From NCBI RefSeq assembly GCF_009914755.1, contig NC_060925.1: 64,000 nt of DNA; one strand, 5' to 3'. Each line of letters starts with the position of its first letter. Position 1 is the stretch's first letter. The position numbers and the translations under genes are program-made. Shown here piece after piece: positions 52,678-64,000 of the stretch. Under the pieces are notes generated by a model that saw nothing but the letters and a program-made list of their open reading frames with translations, had not been told where the DNA came from and did not search any database. Source of the DNA: the human T2T-CHM13v2.0 reference genome, Homo sapiens.

Positions 52678-55600
52678 TCTCAGGTATTTGAGGTCTTGCG
52701 CTTGCTTAGACAGTGATCTGACCCATTCACTGGACAACTTCAGTGTAAGATATGATTAGACACCTGTCCTTGTTTTGTATGTGAATACACAATCTAGATA
52801 CAAGCAATAACATTGAAACGTGGCCCTTCTCTAAACCTGGAAGGTTGAACACATTGGGATTTCTTTCAATTCCAGGTTTGTTCTTTTAGATTTGGCTAAG
52901 AAGTAAGGCTTTATTTAAATAAGCATCCATCCACCAAATAGCTCTGTGTCCGTCAACTTCATATCGACCGTGATAACAGTGACTACTGACAGAGTGTACA
53001 AGATGAGAAGGACCCAGGCTTTTCCCTCCAGTACTGGGATCTTTTGCGTCCGGCCACCTGTTCACATCTCCCTCTGCACTGCTGAACAGGCTACAGTTGG
53101 CAGGACCTGCAGCCGACAGCACGTCTGCTCCTTCAGCATTCATTACTTGCTGTGCCTTTGCTCAGAGGGGCCCTTCTCTCAGGTTCTTTGGAAGAATAAC
53201 CCAGGTTGTACTTATTCTGGAATTCTTTCCCATATGGGGCACAGATTCATATTGTGACTGAACCTCTCAGGAGTATCATGATTACTGGGACCATCAGCTT
53301 GAGTTCTTAACCCCATGAGGCTTACACATGCTCGATGCTCTTTAGTGTTTGTTGGATGCATTAGTGCGCACAAGATGGGAACCAGGTGTTCGATGAGTGA
53401 GTGAATGCCTGCATGAGCTTCCAGTTTCCCCCTCTCTACCTCAGGAGAGCGCAGTGTGGTTTTGTCTCTGTTTTATGCAGGCTTCCTTCAAATCTCTGGG
53501 AATGTGTGTCTTTGCCTCAAAAGCAGACCAACCTAAACCAAAGACCCCTTCCATCCAGACTCCTGCAGGCTGTTCCATCCCACTCACTTTCTCTTCTCTT
53601 TTCTCTCCTCGGTTTCTCCCTCTCCGGCTGTGTGCAACATGCCTCTAGTTCATCCAAGACTCCACTCCCTCTACTTATCCCCAGCAGCGCCAGGACCAGG
53701 GTGAGACTAGAGAGGCACCTCAGGCACAAAAGTTAAGGAGGCACTCAGGCTCACAGTGGTGCCAGTGTCATCTCATGAGAAGTAAGGCCATTTCGCATCC
53801 ATTTCCCATCTGCAGAGGCTAAGCAACAGTGGGCGTTTCTAAGAAGTGACAGAGACAGGCTTCTTCCAGGGTCTTCTCCCTCTAGGCCAGTCTTCCTGCC
53901 ATGTCATGGCACTGCTGCCTAAGCTGACTAGCCAGGGAGGGGTGCACACCGGCTTCCCTGCCCCAGGCAGCCTCTTGGTCTGTGGCTCCTCGTGGCATGG
54001 TGCCTGCTGACAGATTAAATGAAAGCAGACACAAAGACAGGGCTTAGGTGGGGTCCTACCTTCCCCTTTCAGTCCCCATCCCACACCACGCCCTCAAAGC
54101 AGTGCCCAGAGGCCTCCCCACTCCCTAGTAACACCTTCCTCTTTGGCTCCCACCTTTGGCTCCCGAAAAGCCTGCTGAATGCCCGCTCCTTCTGCCGGCT
54201 GCTTTGCCTCTGCCTCCTTTCCTGCCTGGCTCCCCTTCTCTCCCAGCTCCTCAGGCACCCCACCTTTCTTTCCCTTCTCCATCTCTCCTCCTGGGAGAAG
54301 TGTGGCCCCATTCTGCCCCCAGGCACAAAGCTTCACCCAAATTCCACCCCACCCTGGATCTCCACACCAAGCGGCTCAGGGTTAATGGTCGAGTTCAGGA
54401 AGCTTATGTGGCCTTGGTCAACACCTGCTCCCTCACCCCCAGCCTGAAGTGAAGGTGGGCTAATGGTGGGTGCAGGCTGTTCCACCTGGCAGATGGAGCT
54501 ACTATGCCTGCCTCGGCGACCAACGCAGCAGATGCAGCCGAGAAGGGCCCCAGGGAGTGGAGTCGCAGCACCGGCTGCCAGCTGCTCTCTTAATTAAGGA
54601 ATGTGGGGAGTGGCCCCTTTGAACTCACCAGCTAATTTACTCCTGTGCACTCCCCTCTGTGGCTGGGTAATTAATATGGTGTGAACCAGTGATTAGCAAG
54701 TAGAGAGAACCTGCCTGCCACAGACTTAACCCTTCCCTGCATCTGGGAAGAATTGCTGCCTTCTTAGTTCGTCTTTCTCCAGTGGTCACATGGGCAGAGA
54801 GTTTTTCCCTTTGGGGAGGTGGGATATTTTTCAGTCTCCACTCAACCTCCTCCTACCCCCTTTCTCAGCTTCCCCAAAACTCCCCTCAAGGAAAAGGGCT
54901 TCGGGTGGGGGAAGGGCTGCAATTCATTCCTTTGCTTGGATGGACCACTATGGGTGACCAACTCTGCGGAGTGGGAACGTAACTGCCCACTGTCTTCTCC
55001 AGAGGAATTCGGGACCTGGCTCCACATTGGCCCCATACCTGCATCCCACAGCCCTCCCAGTCCTAGGCTTTGACATTTTAGAATCATTCAATTCAATCCA
55101 ACAGATGCATGGAGGGCTTTGCCTCATCGAAAGCCTGTCCTTGGCAATACACAGGGTGCAGAAATGAAGGAGATCCCTCCCCTCATGGAGCTCCCAGTCT
55201 GGGAGCAGAGAGTCAGAACAGGGGACTGCCCAGCCTGAAACATGCCTTTATCTGATTTACCCAGGTTTCCCCACTTCCCTCTCCCTGGCCATTTAGTAGC
55301 AATAGTTAGTATTTGAGTGCTAACTGCACCCGACCCCAAGTTAAACCTTCACATGTGTTCATTGGCAGTACTAAGAGGTAGGTATTGTTATTGCTCCCCA
55401 TTTCACAGATGAGGATACTGAAGCACAGGGAAGTTACTTGGCTCAAGGTTTCACAGCCAAGATTTGAACTCAAGAAGTCTGAATCATGCTTGAGTTCTGA
55501 ACTCCTACCCTCATCTGATTGTATTCTTAAGTCTCACCTCAAACACCACCCCCTCCACAGAGCCCTCCCTAGACCCCCACCTGCCCTGGCAGGGTCAAAG

Positions 55601-57369
55601 GTGTCCTCCGGCTCTCACAGCCTCCAGGGCACACATCTGACATTGTTCTTGCTACACTGGTTATAATTATTGGTTTATATATACCATCTTCTGTGAACTC
55701 CTTAAGGTCAGGGGCTAAGCCTTTCATCTCTGTGTCCCTAGGTCCTGGCACCTAAGTAGATGCTCAATAAATGCCTGATGAATGAATGACGGAATTGGCA
55801 ATGGAGTCGTAAATGAGTTCCCTCCCTTGCCCTCTCCACCCCCATGACAGGCAGCTTCCCAGTTCTGCCCTTTCCTCAGTACTCTAGACATTTCCTTCAT
55901 ATGCAGTCCCTTCTCCTTCTCACAGGACCATCACAACAGACAACAGCTGTTGTTCAGGTTCCCTGGCCCCTTTGTTCTCTCCAACCTGCCCTGCCTGCTG
56001 TCCTCCCACTCCTACTTAAAACATGCAACAGCCCCTCTCTTCAAGCAGTGCTTCCGGAGCGGTCCCCCAGTCCACCAGCCACAGACTCACGCTGAGTGGG
56101 GTGCTTGTTACAACCACAGATTCCTGGGCCCTAGCTCACCCTGATGGCATCTCTGAGAATCCAAGTGCTGAACACAGTTGAGAGCCACTAGTCTCCAGAA
56201 GAACTTAACCCAGTTTTCAAGGCCTCCACAATCTGCCCCCAACCTCCTTTTCCATTCTTCCCACCCAGCCCTAAAGGATTCCTGTCTGCTGTCCCTTGTC
56301 CTCTGTGGAGCCTACTTGGTATTTTCCCACAGCCACATCCCTGCACGCTCTGCTCTCCCCTCCTGCCCAGAGCCCACCCCCAACCTCTGGCTCTCTCCTT
56401 TCCTCATATTATCTAAACCATGCCCATCTTCAAGGCACAGCTCAAATTCCACCTTCTCAAGAAGCGTCCCCTGCCCAGATCCGCGAAGCCCTCTTTCCCA
56501 CCCACTTCTGAGGACTGACTACCTGTTTGCACAAAGTGGTGTCTGTCTGCAGATAACCCTTCACTTTCCTTGGTGTACCTATCTCTACATTTTGGTTGTG
56601 AGTACCTGGAGGGCAAAAACCTTATCCCAAAATCCTCCTGCTCACCACCCACCCCCACCCCATCCTATATGCCTAGTTCCTGGCTGAGTCCAAAGCTCAG
56701 TGTCCAGTTTGATTGACAGGCGAGAGGCTGTGCAGGACCAGATACGATGAGCCACACTCCAGACTAGCAGGAATTTTCCTCAGGGGCAACACGTCCTCTA
56801 AAAACCTTCACTGGCAAGAAACCAAGAAACTTGAAGTGAGAAGAGAAACAGGATGAGGAGGGGATAACTGTGGCAAAATAGACCACACTTCAAAGGCTGA
56901 GGTTCAAGTTCCAGCTCTGCCTCTCTGTGAGCTCTGCAAGGGGCCTAACCTCACTCTGGTTTTCACATTTTCCCATTTCTAACCAGGTAACAAGATGATC
57001 CTCTCAGAGGAGAGTTGCAAGGCTTACATAAAGCCAGATGTGTAGCCATGTCTAGAATGTACTCACTCACTTAACAAATACTCATGAAACATCTGTAATG
57101 TGCCAAGCACTGAGGGCAACACAGAAGGGAACAAAAGACTGGCTAAACAGTCTGTGAAAACCAGAAAACTGTCATCAACAACACAGCAAGAGTAAAGAGG
57201 GAGGTGTGGGCATGCACAGGACACAAGGAGAGGGCCTCTCACCTGCCTGTGGTCAGGAAGCCTGGAAGGATGTCCTCGCCGACTGCACAGCCATGTTCTG
57301 TTTGCAAGGATAGAGGGAGCAGCATGCCTAGTCGGGGTGGTGGGGAAAGTACAACACAGGGAAGTGTGA

Positions 57370-57810
57370 AATCAGTAGTTCTGAGAAGGAGGCCTTCTGG
57401 CTTGGGATGGCTGGAGGGCAGAATGACTGTGGGCGACCAGCCTGGAGAAGAAGGCCTGACTCAGGAGGGCCTGCATGCAGAGCAGAGTTAGTCCTCATCC
57501 TCAGTTCCACGGGAGGCCACAGAAGCATTTTAAGCTAGAATGAGGATGACAGATAGTAGTGAGGCAGGCTGAGATGCAGGAAGGCCAGCGAGATCCAGCA
57601 AGGAGGATGTGGCTTGTGTGGGGGCTGTTGTCGCCACGTGTTAGCCAACCATGTGCATGTGAAAGAGGCTGACTTACAAGAATCTGCTCCTGTAAGCCCA
57701 GAGAGGCCCAGGGACAACTTCCACTTTATTCTGGATGTTTTCACTTTTGGGACATCCTGTTCTGAGTCAAGATTCCTCCTTCTGAACATGGGACTTTCCA
57801 GAAGGACCAC
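57370..57810 (+). promoter_or_regulatory. SLAMF8: SLAMF8 promoter with inflammatory motifs
   Basis: GAS TTCTGAGAA 57379-57387; AP-1 57457-57463 and 57763-57769; E-box 57635-57640; IRF-like TTTTCACTTTT 57738-57748; NF-kB GGGACTTTCC 57790-57799. Confidence 0.65.
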
Positions 57811-57891
57811 AGCTCCTCCCGTGCATCCACTCGGCCTGGGAGGTTCTGGATTTTGGCTGTCGAGGGAGTTTGCCTGCCTCTCCAGAGAAAG

Positions 57892-57931
57892 ATGGTCATG
57901 AGGCCCCTGTGGAGTCTGCTTCTCTGGGAAG
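57892..57931 (+). CDS. SLAMF8: SLAMF8 (BLAME/CD353) exon 1, signal peptide
   Basis: MVMRPLWSLLLWE G|GTAAGT. Confidence 0.93.
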
Positions 57932-58828
57932 GTAAGTGGGGCAGGCAGATAGCCTGTCCTCGGAGAGCTGAAGGCCCCTCCCCAGCTGCCTATGCCAGAC
58001 GTCTGGGCAGGGATCCCTCGACCTGGGTGAGAACCCAGAAGCTGAGGGTGGGTAGGAAAGACTAGAACAAGCTCTTGGGCAACATTTTAAGCTAGGCAGA
58101 TACAAAGAGATGCAGGGTCCTGGGAGGGAGGAGGTGGCAGCTTGAGGGGTATTCTTATCTGTGAGACATGAGCTGTTTTGTGGCCCAGAGCAGTAAAAAC
58201 GGAGCCAGTGGGTGATACTGCTGGTTTGGAGAGAAAGTCGGCTGTGAGAATGGTGAGGACCCGGCAGTGTTAGCACGCAGAAACTCTGCAGAGTTTGAGG
58301 AGAGTAGCAGAGGGCAGGGCAGAGCAGGGTTCCCCACAATCAGCAGAGTGTGTTTTCAACAGCCTGTGGGGGAGCTGAGGTCCCTCCCTACAGGCCTTTA
58401 TAAGGGGAGGCAAGTACTAAGTAGGGATGAGAGAGGCTAAATGTGGCCCACGTGGACTTAGGGGTGGCCGACGGTGGTGTGATGTTGGGATGGCTGATAC
58501 ACGGGGTCTCCTCCACACCGGGCGATCCCTCTATCCATCTGATGCCTGAGTTCCCTTCCTTGGTCAACAAGCAGCCAACATGACATGGGTCAACACTGCC
58601 GGGCCATGGATGAGGGTTTATGGGGTGCAGCAAAGATTAAGATGATATTGTTTACATCAGAGGCTCATAGGGACTTTGGGTTGCTTTGTTTCATCTCCTT
58701 GCCTGAGTTCCTGGCCCTGAGAGCTCCAAAGCCTGCAGATTTCTTCAATATTTCTAAACATGTGCAGGAAATCACACCTTAACCTCAAAAAAGGCCTTGG
58801 TCTGTTTGGTGAGACAAAAATAATTTGC

Positions 58829-59151
<323 letters not shown>

Positions 59152-59869
59152 TAATGATCAAAGATCTGTGTGACTGACCTGGTACAGACCCCTTATTTTT
59201 CAGTGGTACTGAAGCCTGGGGCAGGGTGATGTGTGGAAGGGCACACAGCTGATCTGTGGCAGCACCAGGAGGAGCAGGTAGGAGCAGCTAGGTCTTGGCT
59301 GACATCCAGTGCAATTCTCTTTGTGTGTTACATTCCTGCTCTGCATTAACACTGAAGTCATCTCCAGTGTGAGAGGAGGTTGTTGGGCCTGGAGGACAGT
59401 GAGGCAGAGGGGGACCGGAATTATCATGGCCGACTGAGCAACCATCCAGATCATGTCTCATTGACCAAAACTTCATCACCTCTTATTCTTCCCTACACCC
59501 TGTGCCAGCGACAGGCATAGGGTCAGTCCTCAGCAGGGTAGGTCATTTATTCAATACCATTTACTAGGCTTCTCCCACAGTCTGTTCTTAAACAGTGGTG
59601 GGCACTGGAAGCAAACGATGGGGAGAAAGAGCTCACGGTCTAGTGGGAGATGCTGACTCATAAACAGGCAATAAGAATAGAGGGATAAGGGTAGTCAGCA
59701 TGGTGACCCCAGGCCACTGTGAGAACACAAGAGAGAATATGTAACCTCTCTTGGTTACATTACCTATGAGGGATAGGGGAGGTCGGAGGAGGCAGTGATG
59801 CTACAAGAGTGGGCAGAAATTAGTCAGCAAAGGAGTCAGGGGGGGCACTTCAAGGAGAAGCGTCTCCCA

Positions 59870-60735
59870 TACACGTCTGACTCAAATATAGTCCCCCAAA
59901 ACAGCATCTTGCTTTCTCACCCCCTGTCTGTTTCTCCTCCTGTTCTGGATCACAGAGAATAACATCCAGTGGATCCCAAGGACCTGGGAGCCGTCCTCGA
60001 CTCCTTTTTCTCCTTCACTCCCCAGAGCTAATCTATTACCAAATCCTACTGATTACACACCATCTTCGTGTTTCTCAATTCCTCCCACTTCTTCCCATCC
60101 CGGTTGCTCCCTTCCTCAATTCAAGTTGCCGTCACTTCTCCACTGGACTAACATGAACAGCCTAAGTCCTGCCCACCTCCAGTGCATTCTCCACATCCCT
60201 GCTGGAGTGATCTTTCTAACCATGCATCTAATCCTGTTACGCTCCTGCTTAAAACCTACCTGAGACGCCCCATTGCTCTACAGATAAAGCCCAAACTCCA
60301 GTATTGCTTTCAGGTCTCTGCATGATCTGACTCCTACCAACTCTGCAGTGTAATTTCCTACTCCTCACACAGAGAACTACTCTCAGTTCCCCTGGGCACC
60401 AACTCTCCCCCTCCAGGCCTTTGTCAGTACTGTGCCCTCTGCCGGTGACACTTCCCTATCCTGCTCCAGGCCGCCCTCGGCTTGGCCTGGCTGATTCCCA
60501 TTCCTCTTCAAGGCTCAGCTTAACAATTTGTTTTCTGAGCCCATCAAGGCTGGGTGAGATCCCCTGTCACCCTACCTGTGTTCTCCCAGGGCATCTCATT
60601 TTTCCCTTCATGGTATTTAACAGAATTCATTTTTATTGATTTCTTGAATGTCTGGCTTCCTCTGTAAGTTCCATGAATGCAGAGACTGGGGTTATCTTCC
60701 ATATGTTTTATCCCTGGTACCTAGCACAGTGCAAC
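59870..60735 (+). mobile_element. L2 in SLAMF8 intron 1
   Basis: cctgggagccgtcctcgactcc...gtgatctttctaa...ctcctgcttaaaacc...tgtaagttccatga...tacctagcacagtgc. Confidence 0.7.
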
Positions 60736-60787
60736 CTCAACTTGAGTGGAGGGAATGTCAGTGGAGGGGCCCCAATTCACCCTATAG

Positions 60788-61198
<411 letters not shown>

Positions 61199-61822
61199 TG
61201 ACACTGGCTGCCTGGCCCTCTTCCCCCACAAAGCACCAGACGAGCATCCTGAGTCATAGCAGCCAGGGAGAGCTGGGTTCCAGAAAGCTCTGGTCTCTGA
61301 CCATGTTGCCGACTCAGGGAACAGCTGCTCCCTGGCAGTCACGTCTAAGAAAATTCCTCCTGGCTGCAGCAGCCAGGCTTTGCCATTTCACAGTGCTTGC
61401 CTGAACTCTAGCTCAGTCTTTTCTTGGCTCAGTGGCCTTGGACACAATGCTTAGCCTCCCTGGCCTTCACCTTTCTCCTTTGTAAATGGGCATTGTAATA
61501 TTACCATGTAGAGTACCCACAGGATGAAATGCAGTGGCATTTGCAGTGGCATCCAGGACAGAGCCTGGCCTGTGCTTCCTCAGTTCTAAAGGATCATCAT
61601 AGACTATAAGATGTGCCACTAGTCTATGTAGTCTATGTAGTCTGTGTAGACTATGTGTCATTAGTCTAAAGGAAAAAAAATGATGTACCATACTAAACTA
61701 TGACATAATGGGTTTATTTAAAAATCAAATTATAATGAAACTGTAATTAAAAGTATAGAATTTACACATTTCTTAAAAGGGCTTCTTAGAGAGATCTTAA
61801 CTATATATGATTCATGGGTTCT

Positions 61823-62010
61823 CTCAGTCATTCATCATTGCAAAACAAACCATCCCAAAACTTACTGACTGAAAACAACAACGATGTTTACTTCTCATAA
61901 TTCCGTGGGTTGGCAGGCCCAGCTGGGTGCGACTTCTGCTTCGCATGGGTCTGCAGAGCCATTCGCGCAGCTACATTCAGCACCTCGGTTGGCTGCATGG
62001 ACTGGGGGCT
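61823..62010 (-). mobile_element. MLT1-family LTR fragment in SLAMF8 intron 2
   Basis: aacaaaccatcccaaaacttactgactgaaaacaacaac...ctcataattccgtgggttggc. Confidence 0.65.
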
Positions 62011-63839
62011 GCGTGGGCCTTGTTTCCCAACAACTCCACCTCCACCTCCACCACAGCCACCTCCACCACCTTCATCATTTGTCTTCTGGTCAAGAAAGAG
62101 TGGCTTTCAGCTCTCATTTATCTACCTAATGGGCTAGAAAAGAGGCATGGGTGACCCTAAATCACTGTTTCAGTAAAACCTTAGAAATTTAGATAGAGTG
62201 GAAGAGAGGGGAGTCCAGATTTAAGAATGGAAAGCAGAGGTAGCAGCTGGGAAGAGGGTAGCCATGAGGGAGATAAAGATTGTAAGCAAATTGGGGAGAT
62301 GTCTTGAATCCCCCCAAGACAGCTAACTGGCTGTCCTTGGGCGAGCCACTCAGGGTGCCAATGCAATTGCAAGGTGCCTTTCTGGATGCACGCAGCCCTG
62401 AGCCTCATCTTGGCAAGCAGAGTGCTGGCTGGATTTCAGCACCCCCCACCCCCTGCCACCTGTTACCCTGTGACCCCCCTTAGCCCAATGTCCTTGTGTA
62501 GTGAATAACCTACCCCACCATACAGGCAGCCCTGGAGCCCCTCCTCTGATCTGAGTCTCAGCTGCCGCACATGTGAAATGAGGACATTGAATGTGATAAT
62601 ACATGCAGCACCCACACCACTAAGCTCTAAAATGCCTTGTTCTCAGCAGCTGAATTACAGATTTTAAGGAAATTGCTGTTTTATTGCTTCCAAATACATA
62701 GCGTGATTAGAACTAATTGCACGAAGCTGCCAAGCAGCCGTCCTTAGGAGTTCTGCTTTGACAATAGATAAGAACGATTTGAATTAGCAGATCAGTTACT
62801 AGAAATGTCAATGGGTGTTTCTACTGTGCTTGATCGTGTTTGGAAGCAGCTTGTCCTCTTAAGTGATGTAAATATCCCCCCTGTAATCTTTGTTTATACT
62901 ATTAGTGTGCCCAGCAAATCATTTCTCTTTCATATCACAAATCCCACCAGACTGAACTGGCATTAACGAGGTTTTTCTCTGCTTGACTTTGGAATGCTGT
63001 CAGAGACTGAGCCCTCCTGTTGTCACCAGAATGCTCTCCCACTGGCCTCATTTCCACTGAGACTCAGGATTTACTCATCAACCTGTATAGAAAGGGGAAT
63101 CCATGGCTAGGACACCAGGATATCAGTTTGTTCAGTGACCAGATATCGAGCACCCACTATTTGCCAGCACTACAGAGCTAAGTTTACTAAGCTAACAAGA
63201 CAGAGCCCCCACCTCTGGGCCCCTCCTTCACAGCATTTTGCACCCTCATAATTATTTAATTAATTATTCATAATCATTTTGTATTTGTCTTTCTCACCAA
63301 ACTGTAAGCTCCAGAAGGCTAGGAATGTGTTTGTTTTCTTGCCTGACTTAATAAATGCTTGTCATCTCTTGTTGACTGACTGACATATTGTGAGAGAAAT
63401 ACTACAAAAAGAGATAGAGTGCTTGGAGAGCTCAGAGCCATGCCTGGGAAGGCTTCACAGTCAAGGCATTAAGCAATGTGTTCAAGCTGGGCCTTGAAGG
63501 ATGGGTAGAAGTTTTCTAGGAGGACAAGAAGGGAAAGGCATCTGTGTGCGCAGATGAATTATGTGAAAGCATGAAAGATATTCAAGAGCATGACATGTTT
63601 GGGAAAACTGCAAATTAATTAGGATGAGCAGGGAGAAGCAGCAGGAGGTACAGCTGGAGAGATGGGCATGAATCGTTTCCTGAAAGGTTTTGAATATCAA
63701 GCTAAGGAATTCAGCTTCTGTCCTGTGGGCAGTGGAAAGCCAGACAAGATTTTGGAACAAGAGAGGCCTAGCCAGAGGTGGCATCTAACCCTGGGTAGAT
63801 CCCAGAGCCAGAGATGTGGGCCCTGCCCAGCATCCCTGA

Positions 63840-64000
<161 letters not shown>

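Noticed and set aside
52880-53150. Possible MEF2/E-box muscle enhancer
   Set aside because: The AT-rich site does not fit YTA(A/T)4TAR, and E-boxes alone are uninformative.

Overview
Human-type genomic DNA (Alu/L1/MIR/MaLR-rich) that I recognise as the 1q23.2 DUSP23-FCRL6-SLAMF8 interval. All three genes are on the + strand. DUSP23 is a CpG-island gene with 2 coding exons encoding a 150-aa atypical dual-specificity phosphatase. FCRL6 has an alternative upstream exon plus 10 coding exons (S1, 21-nt S2 micro-exon, 3 Ig exons, TM, 4 cytoplasmic). SLAMF8 shows exons 1-2 and the start of exon 3, running off the window. Exons were assembled by hand from GT/AG boundaries and phase. Most notable: (1) this haplotype has an in-frame TAA at FCRL6 codon 423, 12 codons before the usual stop; (2) the FCRL6 last exon holds three motifs each one base away from a tyrosine/ITIM motif, suggesting a decayed signalling tail; (3) two overlapping ATGs in the FCRL6 upstream exon are each put in frame by one of two tandem acceptors; (4) the FCRL6 poly(A) signal lies inside a Tigger3-type DNA transposon; (5) an ~830-bp apparent 3'UTR-only retrocopy with TSD; (6) a convergent CTCF motif pair bracketing FCRL6; (7) an overlapping NF-kB/GAS/ETS element near 4.5 kb. 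I see no evidence of a wholly new multi-gene system. Repeat subfamily names and boundaries come from pattern recognition and are approximate.
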